This document shows positions 41,075-52,395 of a stretch of 64,000 nucleotides of DNA, in pieces. The position numbers and the translations under genes were made by a program. The DNA is taken from positions 128,001-192,000 of the forward strand of contig JAHHIM010000073.1 of the NCBI GenBank assembly GCA_019358915.1, in the 5' to 3' direction. This DNA comes from Trichormus sp. ATA11-4-KO1. Its GTDB lineage: Bacteria > Cyanobacteriota > Cyanobacteriia > Cyanobacteriales > Nostocaceae. Below the pieces are notes generated by a model, which had not been told where the DNA came from, did no database searches, and was given only the letters and a program-made list of their open reading frames with translations. The first letter of the stretch is position 1, and every line of letters starts with the position of its first letter.

Positions 41075-42307
41075 ATGTTGGAAACTCGAAACTCCTCCAC
41101 AGGATTGTCTTTAGATACAGCAGGAATGGCATTAGAATCTTTCCAAAAGTCGGCTGATTTGATATCACCTTTATATTCTGGGTTTTCCTTCAACGGTAGC
41201 AGTTCCTCACCATTACCAAGCGTACCCACAACTGATAATTTATTTGGAGGAGCCAACCCCAATCCTAATCCCTACTTAACTAGTGCGGCGATTGTGCCTG
41301 ATTTCAACGGCGATGGCAAAACAGACAAACTTTGGGTCAATGGTCAAACCGGCGAAATTATTGTGCGGCTGATGGATGGTACCAGAATTCTGGAACAGGC
41401 TTCTTTAGGTCAATTTGACTTATCATCCATGACTTACGAAATTGCCGATTTTAATAGTGACGGCAAGACTGACTTTTTGTTACGGAATCAAGCCACAGGT
41501 GAGAATCGCATTGTGCTAATGGATGGCACAAGAATTGCTGATACAGTGGCGCTGGAAACAGTTGATCCCAATTGGACTGCTAGCATTGGCGATTTCAATG
41601 GCGATCGCAAAACCGATATCTTCTGGCATAATGCTCAAACCGGTCAAAATGCTATTTGGACAATGGATGGCACCACAGTTCTAGATGCAGCCGTTTTAGA
41701 AAATACAGACGTATCATTTACACCAACCATTGTTGATTTTGATGGTAATGGCAAGAGTGATATTTTCTGGCGCAATCAGACAACGGGTGAAAACAGAGTT
41801 TGGTTCATGGATGGTACACAAAAAACCGAGTTTACTCTGCAATCACAAGACGCATCCTGGGACTTTACCCTTGGCGATTTCAACGGTGACCTCAGAACTG
41901 ATCTTTTGTGGAGAAATGTTCAAACAGGTGAGAACAAGATTTGGACAATGAATGGCATCTTTGTCACAGAGGGTGCGCTAGGGACACTTGACTCATCCTG
42001 GAAATCTAACATTGGCGATTTCAATGGCGATGGTAAGACAGATATCTTCTGGCACAATGAAGTCACTGGTGAAAATACCGCTTGGTTGATGGATGGCACA
42101 ACAGTTACAACTGAAGCTTTCCTACCAAGTAATCAAGCATCCTTAATGCCATCACTAGGCGATTTTAACAGCGATGGCAAAACTGATATCTATTGGCGGA
42201 ATCAAGAAACAGGTGCAGATAGCATTTGGACGATGGACGGTACAACAGCCGTTGAGACTCCCATAGCTGCGGAAGATCAGCTTGGCCCCGAATGGTTCAC
42301 CGCCTAA
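41075..42307 (+). CDS. FG-GAP/VCBS repeat beta-propeller protein
   Basis: Seven repeats of DFNGDGKTD(I/L)FW.N..TGEN..W.MDG. Confidence 0.9.
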   Translation: MLETRNSSTGLSLDTAGMALESFQKSADLISPLYSGFSFNGSSSSPLPSVPTTDNLFGGANPNPNPYLTSAAIVPDFNGDGKTDKLWVNGQTGEIIVRLMDGTRILEQASLGQFDLSSMTYEIADFNSDGKTDFLLRNQATGENRIVLMDGTRIADTVALETVDPNWTASIGDFNGDRKTDIFWHNAQTGQNAIWTMDGTTVLDAAVLENTDVSFTPTIVDFDGNGKSDIFWRNQTTGENRVWFMDGTQKTEFTLQSQDASWDFTLGDFNGDLRTDLLWRNVQTGENKIWTMNGIFVTEGALGTLDSSWKSNIGDFNGDGKTDIFWHNEVTGENTAWLMDGTTVTTEAFLPSNQASLMPSLGDFNSDGKTDIYWRNQETGADSIWTMDGTTAVETPIAAEDQLGPEWFTA

Positions 42308-42706
42308 GACTTGTTTGAACAAGGAGGAAGACGGATGATCCTCTTCCCTCTGACTTCGTTGATGTACAGATAGTCTGAATAATCACAACTTTGAACGCAA
42401 CTATGCTATTAATCTGCTTAGCTGCGTTCAAAGTATTATGTGCTTTCTCATATCTCGCATCAGTACATCCATTCCGCCTCGGAATTCATTTTGAGCCTCA
42501 TCGCCAAAGGTTTAATTAAACAATATATTCTTCTTCCCCTGCTTTAGGGCAGATTTATTAGTGACTATTATGCTTAATCATACTGAGGCATTAAACCTTT
42601 AATGATGCCAAGCAAGCCAAGAAAGCAAGAGAAAAGTTCATGAATCATTTAGGACTGCGATCGCTGCTTCTTGATATTATTCTTGATGCACCTACAATCA
42701 ACAAAA

Positions 42707-42961
42707 ATGGACGAACATCAGCGTCGCTCTTATTGGCGTGCTAATACTGCATTAATTCGTAATCTTTTAATTGTCTGGGCACTGGTTTCCATAATTTTCA
42801 GTATTTTACTGGTTCAACCATTAAACGCAATCCGTTTTTTTGGTGTACCGTTAGGCTTTTGGATGGCACAGCAAGGCTCAATCCTCGTATTTGTGGCATT
42901 AATTTTTATTTATGCCTTCCAAATGGACAAGCTAGACCGCAAACATAATCTTAGGAAGTGA
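42707..42961 (+). CDS. DUF4212-type small subunit of solute symporter
   Basis: YWRAN, PLGFWMAQQGS; 9 bp upstream of the symporter. Confidence 0.85.
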   Translation: MDEHQRRSYWRANTALIRNLLIVWALVSIIFSILLVQPLNAIRFFGVPLGFWMAQQGSILVFVALIFIYAFQMDKLDRKHNLRK

Positions 42962-42970
42962 GGCAAAACC

Positions 42971-44626
42971 GTGTCAGTGGAAATTTGGACGATTTTGTTG
43001 GTAGGACTCTCCTTCCTGGGTTACATTTACATTGGTTGGCAATCACGAGTTAAAAATAGTAAAGATTTTTTTGTCGCAGGTCAGGGAATACCCTCAATTG
43101 CTAATGGTGCAGCCACCGCCGCAGACTGGATGTCCGCAGCTTCGTTTATTTCTATGGCGGGGCTAATTTCTTTTTTGGGCTATGACGGGTCTATTTATTT
43201 GATGGGTTGGACTGGCGGTTATGTGTTGCTGGCATTGTTGTTGGCTCCTTACCTGCGGAAATTTGGTAAATATACAGTGCCGGATTTTGTAGGCGATCGC
43301 TACTACTCGAATGTGGCACGTTTAGTGGCAGTAGTTGCAGCTATTTTTGTCTCTCTTACCTATGTTGCTGGACAAATGCGAGGCGTAGGTATTGTTTTTA
43401 GCCGCTTTCTGCAAGTAGATATCAATACAGGTGTGATCATCGGCATGGTGATTGTCGGCTTTTTTGCGGTGCTGGGAGGCATGAAAGGTATTACCTGGAC
43501 GCAAGTAGCCCAGTATGCAGTGTTGATTTTTGCTTATCTGATTCCGGCGGTGGCGATCGCTTGGTTACTTACAGGCAATCCCATCCCCCAGTTAGCATTT
43601 ACATTTAGTGATGTGGCTGACAAACTCAATCAAATTCAAGTTGATTTGGGTTTTCGGGAATATACTGAGCCGTTTGTGAATAAATCGATGCTAGATGTAC
43701 TGTTCACCACTATCGCTCTGATGGTAGGGACTGCTGGCTTACCTCATATTATTGTCAGGTTTTACACAGTTCCTAGTGTCCGCGCTGCTCGTTTCTCTGC
43801 GGGTTGGGCATTATTATTTATTGCCATTCTTTATACCACGGCTCCTGCCCTTTCCATGTTTGCCCGCTATAATCTCATTGAATCTCTGCACAATCATACG
43901 GTTACTGAAGTACAACAGCTAGACTGGGCAACTAAGTGGGAAAAAACCGGACTGCTGAACTTTGAAGACAAAAATCAAGATGGGCGTTACCAGCTAACTC
44001 CAAACGCAGACACCAACGAAATTAAAATTGACCGAGATATTATTGTACTTTCTACCCCAGAAGTAGCGAAACTTGCCCCTTGGGTAATTGCCTTAGTAGC
44101 GGCTGGTGGGTTAGCTGCTGCTTTGTCTACAGCCTCGGGTTTGTTGCTAGTAATTTCTAGTTCCGTTGCCCATGATATCTACTACCGCATATTAGATTCC
44201 CAAGCTTCAGAACAAAAACGGGTATTTGTGGGGCGGATCATGGTAGGTGTTTCTCTAGTCCTCGCCGGATATTTTGGAGTGAATCCGCCGGGATTTGTGA
44301 GTGAAGTGGTGGCTTTTGCCTTTGGTTTAGCTGCTGCTAGCTTCTTTCCGGTGATTTTTTTGGGCATATTCGATAAACGTACCAATTCCCAAGGTGCGAT
44401 CGCTGGGATGTTGACGGGTTTGATTTTTACCATCATCTACATCATTGGCGTCAAATTTGCAGGTATGCAGCCTTGGTTTTTTGGCGTTTCTCCCGAAGGA
44501 ATTGGCACTTTGGGAATGGTGATCAACTTTGTGGTTACCTTAGTAGTTTCTCGTCTCACACCCCCTCCTCCAGCAGAAATCCAGGCGCTGGTGGAAGATT
44601 TACGTTCTCCTGCTATTGAAGGATAA
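42971..44626 (+). CDS. Sodium:solute symporter (ActP-like cation/acetate family)
   Basis: ADWMSAASF, GGMKGITWTQ, GTAGLPH, AAALST. Confidence 0.92.
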   Translation: MSVEIWTILLVGLSFLGYIYIGWQSRVKNSKDFFVAGQGIPSIANGAATAADWMSAASFISMAGLISFLGYDGSIYLMGWTGGYVLLALLLAPYLRKFGKYTVPDFVGDRYYSNVARLVAVVAAIFVSLTYVAGQMRGVGIVFSRFLQVDINTGVIIGMVIVGFFAVLGGMKGITWTQVAQYAVLIFAYLIPAVAIAWLLTGNPIPQLAFTFSDVADKLNQIQVDLGFREYTEPFVNKSMLDVLFTTIALMVGTAGLPHIIVRFYTVPSVRAARFSAGWALLFIAILYTTAPALSMFARYNLIESLHNHTVTEVQQLDWATKWEKTGLLNFEDKNQDGRYQLTPNADTNEIKIDRDIIVLSTPEVAKLAPWVIALVAAGGLAAALSTASGLLLVISSSVAHDIYYRILDSQASEQKRVFVGRIMVGVSLVLAGYFGVNPPGFVSEVVAFAFGLAAASFFPVIFLGIFDKRTNSQGAIAGMLTGLIFTIIYIIGVKFAGMQPWFFGVSPEGIGTLGMVINFVVTLVVSRLTPPPPAEIQALVEDLRSPAIEG

Positions 44627-44815
44627 CCATTAACTAAGACCTGTGGGAATCTGCGAAACGTTGCGCTAAAACTAAATTAATCACCCCAATCCCGTTTTGT
44701 AGTGACCTAATAATTATTGTGGGGTGGGCTTCTAGCCCGCCCATAACAGGCAAGATGCCTGTTCCACAAGAAAATCTTACTCCATAGCGAAGAAACTCAC
44801 GCAGAGACGCAGAGT

Positions 44816-45943
44816 CTAAACTTTGAGAAACCAGTTTTGGCGATACATCAGAATAGCAACTGCTAACCAGAATAAAACAGTGACTAGGGCGAATAATAAT
44901 GAACCATTTAGCGTACCTGCCCAAGATGCAAAAATATTTTGATAAATCCAATTGTAAGTAGTAAGCGCGTTTTCCTCTCTACCGATTTTGGTTCTGACTA
45001 AGATTTTAATTAATAAGACGGAAGCAGTAAACAGTGCGATCGCATTTAAGCCCATCACTTCAAAAGGCTTACTCCAGCGACGTATCAGCCGCACTTCAAT
45101 CAGTTCATAACAAGCTGCAAGTAATAATAATGCCCAACCACTGCTGAAGATAACATAGGAACTTGTCCAAAGTTTTTTGTTGATGGGAAATGTCCATCCC
45201 CAAACCCAACCAATAATTAGGCAACCAATGCCAAATAATGCTAAACCTATGCTTGTACGAGATGTTATGGGCTGTTTGCGTATCCATTCCCCTGTAAAGT
45301 AGCCAGCGAGAACATTGACAATAGCAGGTATAGTGCTAAATAATCCCTCTGGATCTCCCAATTTTTGATAACCGTCACCTGCGTATAAATGAGCCTGGGG
45401 AATAATCAATCTATCAACATAAGCGCCAAAATTTCCTTTCCGCGTCAGTACACCCGCGCCATAATCGGGAAGCGGTACATACATCATGGTTAGCCAGTAA
45501 CCGATAAGTAAGACACCTGCTAATATCCATTGTCCTTTGCGTGGTAGGTTGAGGACTGCGAGGGAGGCAAACAAGTATGCCAGACTGATTCTTTGTAATA
45601 CACCCATAATGCGGATATTACTTAAATCAAAAGTCCAAATCCCCTGATTCCAAAAGCCATTTAGTAGTAACCCCAAAGCGAAAAGTATGACGGCGCGGCG
45701 CAAGATTCGCCAGTAAATGGCTGAGGTGGGTTTGTTGGCTGCGGTGTACTTTGATAAGGAGAAATTCATGGCTACACCAACAATGAATAGAAAAAAGGGA
45801 AATACCAAGTCTGTTGGTGTGCAACCATGCCAATCAGCATGGGCTAAGGGGGGATAGACATCACTTGCGACTCCTGCCATGTTAACAAGAATCATCCCAG
45901 CAATGGTGATACCGCGAAACACATCCAGTGAAGTCAGGCGCAT
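44816..45943 (-). CDS. Heparan-alpha-glucosaminide N-acetyltransferase-like membrane acyltransferase
   Basis: RLTSLDVFRG, DLVFPFFLF, GVLQRI, DPEG, PINKKLWTSSY. Confidence 0.88.
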   Translation of the reverse strand: MRLTSLDVFRGITIAGMILVNMAGVASDVYPPLAHADWHGCTPTDLVFPFFLFIVGVAMNFSLSKYTAANKPTSAIYWRILRRAVILFALGLLLNGFWNQGIWTFDLSNIRIMGVLQRISLAYLFASLAVLNLPRKGQWILAGVLLIGYWLTMMYVPLPDYGAGVLTRKGNFGAYVDRLIIPQAHLYAGDGYQKLGDPEGLFSTIPAIVNVLAGYFTGEWIRKQPITSRTSIGLALFGIGCLIIGWVWGWTFPINKKLWTSSYVIFSSGWALLLLAACYELIEVRLIRRWSKPFEVMGLNAIALFTASVLLIKILVRTKIGREENALTTYNWIYQNIFASWAGTLNGSLLFALVTVLFWLAVAILMYRQNWFLKV

Positions 45944-46031
45944 GGGCGGAATTGTTTGTTTGATGAGTATCTAAAATATCCCGCCTGATGTAAACAATCA
46001 AGTAAATTTTCAAGTTTGTGGTTATACGCGA

Positions 46032-46172
46032 GACAGAAAGTATTTAGACGTGAGTCTCCAAGGAAGGCACACCTGCGGGAAGGGCGAAAGAAACAGAATC
46101 CTCCGGACTGTCGAACTCAAGTTGAGTAATGCTGATTTAACACTGAGAAGTTCCAGAAATACTGGAACCCCT
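46032..46172 (+). ncRNA. psrR1: Probable PsrR1 (SyR1) photosynthesis-regulatory sRNA homolog
   Basis: Intergenic GGCACACC...CCGGACTGTCGAACTCA...GTAATGCTGATTTAACAC.GAG resembles the conserved PsrR1 core as recalled; ends in GTTCCAG-N5-CTGGAAC hairpin. Boundaries approximate. Confidence 0.6.
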
Positions 46173-46213
46173 AAACATAGATAGTTGATAGCTAAATTAG
46201 ATACAACTAATCT

Positions 46214-47308
<1,095 letters not shown>

Positions 47309-47340
47309 TTACTTGTAACTCAGCACTCACCATTTACCAC

Positions 47341-48000
47341 TCAAATATACGGTGAAATATCCTCACCACATTCATCTGCTAAATAGGAGAGGGCGCGAAA
47401 ACGTAAACCCACAAGTTGCTCATATAGTGGGTTGATTTTACATAAGGGTGGTATATGAACAATTTTGCGTCCAAATAAAGTGATATCTCGTTCAAAGGGA
47501 CACTGGGAGGGAATCATTTTGCACAAAAAACGGGCAACTCTGGGATCTTGGATTTCTAGCCCGTCTAGCCAGTCACGCAGGGGACAAAGTGCATCTTGTG
47601 GCGGTGCGGTGAGTGCTGACACCTGTCCTTCGTCGTCTAGGGTGTGGCGTAAGGACTCTAGAATATCTTTTGGCTGTTCTAAAGCCTCACACAACTGCTG
47701 CATTACTCGATCTTCTTTGGGAGAATATGTACCGTTGGCGATCGCTACCATTACGGCTGTCCGAACAAAGTTTTCTGCTACTGATGTCCCTTTACCCAAT
47801 ACAGTGGCTAATTCTTCTGGTTCAATGACCTTTAGTGAATCCAACTCAATATCTGGAGCTAATTCATCTTCAGTCAGACTGGTAATTAATTGCTGTTCTT
47901 CAGGATCAAAGTTACCATCTGCCCAAGCAATTGTGAGCAGTCCACGTAACCAAGCGGTAATTTGTTCGTTACTGTAGGGGGATTGAACGGCACTTGTCAT
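47341..48000 (-). CDS. TerB-like plus 'Mo-dependent nitrogenase C-terminal' domain protein
   Basis: AWADG.F..EE; IPSQCPFERD...PPLCKINPLYEQLVGLRFRAL. Confidence 0.85.
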   Translation of the reverse strand: MTSAVQSPYSNEQITAWLRGLLTIAWADGNFDPEEQQLITSLTEDELAPDIELDSLKVIEPEELATVLGKGTSVAENFVRTAVMVAIANGTYSPKEDRVMQQLCEALEQPKDILESLRHTLDDEGQVSALTAPPQDALCPLRDWLDGLEIQDPRVARFLCKMIPSQCPFERDITLFGRKIVHIPPLCKINPLYEQLVGLRFRALSYLADECGEDISPYI

Positions 48001-48427
48001 ACACTCACGCCTCAAATTTACCTAAGTTAATACTAGGTTATCTTACATAGTGATACACAGTAGTTTTGTGGTTATTGGGTTTGGACGCGATCGCCTCATC
48101 AACTAATTCAACCAAAAAAATTGAGAATTTTTTCTATTTAAATCAAAAAAAAGTGAGTTAATCTGTGTAATAGAGGTGTTTGTGAAAAAGACTAAAGTGA
48201 ACCTCAGTGTTCTTCAAACACTATTAAGTCACCTCTAATCAATAAATGTAAAGCTTTAAGCAGCAAGTAGAACTACACAGGCTCCAAATTAACAGCAATT
48301 TTTGGTGTTGTAGGTTACAAAAATCATAATTTAATTAATGCAAAATAATCTCATATAGAATACTGCTGGCATCTCGTGTCGCGCCAGTGCAACTCGGATG
48401 ATCTCAATCAATTGTAATTAAGTAAAC

Positions 48428-49531
48428 ATGAAGTTCTATTTTGGCATTGAGCATGAAGTCGCTTTCCTGAACCAGGAAGGACAATTTGCTGATTTTTCCC
48501 AGACCAAATTCGCTGATTTCAATCAAATTGTGGAAAGACTACCCACATACCCCGATGATTATTCTCAACTGCGCGTTGGGGATGCTGGTATTAGGCAAAA
48601 GAGATGGTACATTGAGGGGTTTGAAAGATTTGCCGATTCTGATAAGGTGATCGATTGCTTACCTAAAGGCATTGAAATCAGAACTACCATACACTCTAAT
48701 ATTCAAGGCGCTCTTACTGAATTGTCAGAAAGTTTTCGCTTGCTGCGTGAGGTTGCTGCTAACTACGGTTTCTCACCAGTTTTAGCTAGTTTTAATCCCT
48801 ACAAAACTGTTTTTGAGCCGCAACCCCCTTTGAATGATTACGAACTCAAACAGCTACAGGCTTATCCTGACGAACGAACTGCCAATATTTACATGGTGAC
48901 ATATGGTCCAGATTTGAATATTTCAGTAGCAGACTTGCCAATTAAAAGTGTAATTGATATTGGTAAAAAGTTAACTTATTACAGTCCTTATATCGTTCCT
49001 TTTACTTATAGTTCGCCTTTTTATAACGGTGGTTTATGGTCAGGATTATCAGTCCGAACTTTTGTCAGAACTGGAAAAAGATCGGCAACTTTAGTGTTTG
49101 TCCAAAAACAAGAACAGCTAATTAATAGCGTACCTTCATTGACAAAAATCGCCCGTATTCCGGCTGAAGTGGGACGCATTGAATTCAAAGCTTGTGATAG
49201 TTGTGATGATTTTTCTATCTATGCGGCTTTGTTAGCTTTGTTGAAAGGTTTGATATTAGATAAAACTTTACTAGGTAGGGCAACTATACCTGATGCAGAT
49301 TTGCATCAAATTTCGGCAAAAGAAGGTTTTGATAATGAAGATATTTTTAATAATGCGACAAAGCTTTTACAAGTAGCTGAGATTGCCCTTAGTAATGACC
49401 CAGATATTAATTTATTAACACCACTCAAAGTCATGCTGGCACAGCGCAAAACCAAATCTCATGAACTAATTGAAATGTTCCAACAAGTAGGATCAATTGA
49501 AGAGGCTATCAGACATACTTACCAATCTTAA
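48428..49531 (+). CDS. Glutamate--cysteine ligase family 2 (GCS2/YbdK-like) carboxylate-amine ligase
   Basis: FGIEHE, IEIRT, SSPFY.G, S.R, GRIEFK..D motifs. Confidence 0.75.
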   Translation: MKFYFGIEHEVAFLNQEGQFADFSQTKFADFNQIVERLPTYPDDYSQLRVGDAGIRQKRWYIEGFERFADSDKVIDCLPKGIEIRTTIHSNIQGALTELSESFRLLREVAANYGFSPVLASFNPYKTVFEPQPPLNDYELKQLQAYPDERTANIYMVTYGPDLNISVADLPIKSVIDIGKKLTYYSPYIVPFTYSSPFYNGGLWSGLSVRTFVRTGKRSATLVFVQKQEQLINSVPSLTKIARIPAEVGRIEFKACDSCDDFSIYAALLALLKGLILDKTLLGRATIPDADLHQISAKEGFDNEDIFNNATKLLQVAEIALSNDPDINLLTPLKVMLAQRKTKSHELIEMFQQVGSIEEAIRHTYQS

Positions 49532-49566
49532 ATAATCATTAATCTCAACCATCCTGGAGGTAAACA

Positions 49567-50418
49567 ATGACTTTCGTAAATCAAGCGTCTACAGCGAAAA
49601 TTACGGGTGTTGCAGAGACTTTAATGATAACACTGTATGCTCGGTATTTGGAAACAAAACGAGATGACGGTATTATTCAAGATAAAAAAGCTGTTGAGAT
49701 AGTCGAGAAAATCGATTATGATTTTACAAAATTTGCTTCAGGATGGGCTTCTCTTTTGGGAAGTGCAATTAGAGCTAAAAGATTTGATCATGGTGTGAGT
49801 GATTTTATTAAAAATCACCCTAATGCTGTAATAGTCAATTTAGGTTCTGGGCTGTGTACGAGATTTTTTCGAGTTGAAAATGGTAAAATAAGTTGGTATG
49901 AAGTTGATTTTCCAGAAGTAATTGAACTGCGGCAGAAACTTATATCAGAAACAGATAGATACAAATTTATTGGTAAATCTATATTTAATTTTACCTGGAT
50001 GGATGAAATTCAGCAAGTGCCTGGCCAACCGATGCTGATAATTGCTGAGGGTGTATCTATGTATCTCACAAAAGTACAGCATCTCGATTTGTTTAAACAG
50101 ATACGCGATCGCTTTGAAAGTGTAGAGATGATTATCGATATTGTCAGTCCAGCATTTGCCAGAAATACACAGGGACATGATACTGTTTCTAAAACCAATG
50201 CTGAGTTTAAATGGGGAATCAAGAAAGTTACAGAACTAGAAACATGGGGTTTAGGCATTAAAGTTCTGGACATCGATTATTATTTAACTAATTTTGCCCA
50301 ATATCCTCACCGATTACAACCTTTTTGGCTCAAGTATTTTATATTTATTTTAGTTCCTATATTTAGCAACTCTAGTCGCATAGTGCATATGCAGATTAGT
50401 CAAAGTACTTCCGCATAA
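49567..50418 (+). CDS. Class I SAM methyltransferase (LCM/TcmP-like)
   Basis: ETLMITLYAR, VNLGSGL.TR, VDFPEV, IAEGV.MYL; GGAGG RBS. Confidence 0.88.
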   Translation: MTFVNQASTAKITGVAETLMITLYARYLETKRDDGIIQDKKAVEIVEKIDYDFTKFASGWASLLGSAIRAKRFDHGVSDFIKNHPNAVIVNLGSGLCTRFFRVENGKISWYEVDFPEVIELRQKLISETDRYKFIGKSIFNFTWMDEIQQVPGQPMLIIAEGVSMYLTKVQHLDLFKQIRDRFESVEMIIDIVSPAFARNTQGHDTVSKTNAEFKWGIKKVTELETWGLGIKVLDIDYYLTNFAQYPHRLQPFWLKYFIFILVPIFSNSSRIVHMQISQSTSA

Positions 50419-50469
50419 AAATATCCTCCAAAAGGAAAAATTTGATTTTTGACCAGCCCTCAATACTTG

Positions 50470-52326
50470 CTAGTCTGCTGTTGACTGTTGTACTTGAAGA
50501 TTTAGGTTAATTTCCTGACTTGGTGGCAGTTTTTCTAGAGGAATCAGTACTTCCATCACCGCTTTCACAATTGGTGCAGCCACGGTAGAACCATAAGCAT
50601 TTGCTCCCTTTGGCTCATCGGCTAGCGCCAGCACTACATAGCGGGGAGATTCTACTGGCAAAATACTCACAAAGCTAGTGATTCTAGCGTCTTTAATATA
50701 GCCGCCATGAGGACTAGCTTTTTGGGCTGTACCTGTTTTGCCAGCAATGCGATATCCCGGAATTGTTGCAGGCTTGCCAGTACCTTCCGATACTACTTTT
50801 TCCATCATTTCCACCACAGTTTGGGCTGTTTGTGCGGAAAAAATTTGCCGGGGTGTGGGACGATTGGGTGAATAGTGGATCTGCCCTTTGGTATCCACCA
50901 ATCCTTGAACTACATGGGGTGTGACTAATTTACCACCATTAGCTAAAGCTCCGTGCATTTGTACCAACTGTAATGGTGTGAGGGAGAAGCCTTGACCAAA
51001 AGATGTAGTTGCTGCTTCAATGGGCGAGCCAAGAAATTCTTCTTGACTTTTGAGCTGTCCACGCACTTCAAAAGGTAAATCTGTCTCAACGGTTTGCCCC
51101 AGCCCCAAGCGTTCTAGCCAGTTGTAATAAACTGAAGGCTTCAGGCGTTGGATAATTTGTACCATGCCAATATTGCTAGAAGTTTCCAGAATTCTCGTAA
51201 TGTTGACGCGTCCATAACTATTGTGCCCGGCATTTCTGATGGTGTGCTTACCCACGCGAATAGAACCGGGATCATTAAAGACATCATCTGGTTTAATGGC
51301 ACCATTTTCCAGAGCGATCGCCACATTCAACGGCTTGAAAGTTGATCCCGGTTCATAAAGATCAGCCACCGTCCAGTTTTTGAATAGGGAAATATCTGCT
51401 TTAGAGTATTCGTTAGGGTTATAGGTAGGTTGAGAAACCAGGGCGAGTAAAGAACCATCTAAGGCATCCATCACAATTACTGCCCCGCGTTTCGCACCAA
51501 ACTTCTCCATTTGTGCTTGAAGTGCAGTGCGAGCAGCTCGTTGTAAACGGCTATCAATCGTCAGTTGCAGTCGCAGATCATCAAAATTGAGAAATCCTTC
51601 GGGTGCATGATTCGGCAGCAGTGCCCCGTTACCCGACCGACTCAGCCGCACTGTCTGCACAAAACGTTCTAGTAACTTTTCTTGACTATATTCCACACCT
51701 GCTTGACCGCGACGGTCAATATTGACATAGCCCACTACGTCAGCCACCAAATCTTTTTGCGGGTAAAATCGGGAGTATTTTTGAATTAGCTCCAAGCCAT
51801 CTAAGCGTAATGATTTCACGCGATCGGCAATTACTTCCGGCATGGTAGCAGCAAGTGTAATCCCACTTTTTTGGCTTTGAAAGGTTTTCACTAACTCAGC
51901 AGTGGTTTTGTCCAATATGGGAGCAAGCTGTTCGGCGATTTGTTGATTCGACTGATTAAACAGCTTGGGATGGGCATACAAAATATACACGGGACGGTCA
52001 ACTGCCAATACATTGTGACTGCGATCTACTACTAAGCGCCGGGGGACGAAAGGTCGTAAATTCACCATTTGTTGGCTGCGCGCCCTCTGAGTTAACCTTG
52101 CTCCCCGAACAATTTGCAAATGATACAAATTAATAGCCAACCCCAACCCTGCGGTCATTAATATGCCCCATACCACAAACAATCGGGATTTAGGGTTGGC
52201 TATCTGGTCTTGAGGATTGGCGGTCAACCTCTCCACAAACGTTTGCTTAGAAGCCTTCTGTCGCCTTCTAAATGCTGGACTCCAAAAATTTTTGAATTTT
52301 AATCTACTCGGTGACTTCTGCATCAA
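50470..52326 (-). CDS. ftsI: Class B penicillin-binding protein (FtsI/PBP3-type)
   Basis: TM, dimerisation domain, EPGSTFK (SxxK), SSN (SxN), KTGT. Confidence 0.88.
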   Translation of the reverse strand: MMQKSPSRLKFKNFWSPAFRRRQKASKQTFVERLTANPQDQIANPKSRLFVVWGILMTAGLGLAINLYHLQIVRGARLTQRARSQQMVNLRPFVPRRLVVDRSHNVLAVDRPVYILYAHPKLFNQSNQQIAEQLAPILDKTTAELVKTFQSQKSGITLAATMPEVIADRVKSLRLDGLELIQKYSRFYPQKDLVADVVGYVNIDRRGQAGVEYSQEKLLERFVQTVRLSRSGNGALLPNHAPEGFLNFDDLRLQLTIDSRLQRAARTALQAQMEKFGAKRGAVIVMDALDGSLLALVSQPTYNPNEYSKADISLFKNWTVADLYEPGSTFKPLNVAIALENGAIKPDDVFNDPGSIRVGKHTIRNAGHNSYGRVNITRILETSSNIGMVQIIQRLKPSVYYNWLERLGLGQTVETDLPFEVRGQLKSQEEFLGSPIEAATTSFGQGFSLTPLQLVQMHGALANGGKLVTPHVVQGLVDTKGQIHYSPNRPTPRQIFSAQTAQTVVEMMEKVVSEGTGKPATIPGYRIAGKTGTAQKASPHGGYIKDARITSFVSILPVESPRYVVLALADEPKGANAYGSTVAAPIVKAVMEVLIPLEKLPPSQEINLNLQVQQSTAD

Positions 52327-52395
52327 ACTGCTTCCAGTATCATGGATAATTCATAAACCTATTTCTCCCCCGCTCCCCCACTCCCCCTACTTAAT

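Noticed and set aside
47465..47977. 170-aa plus-strand ORF and other short overlapping ORFs in the track
   Set aside because: Antisense or alternate-frame shadows of well-supported genes.
47341..48000. Nitrogenase gene
   Set aside because: The domain name is historical; no nif structural motifs or nif neighbours.
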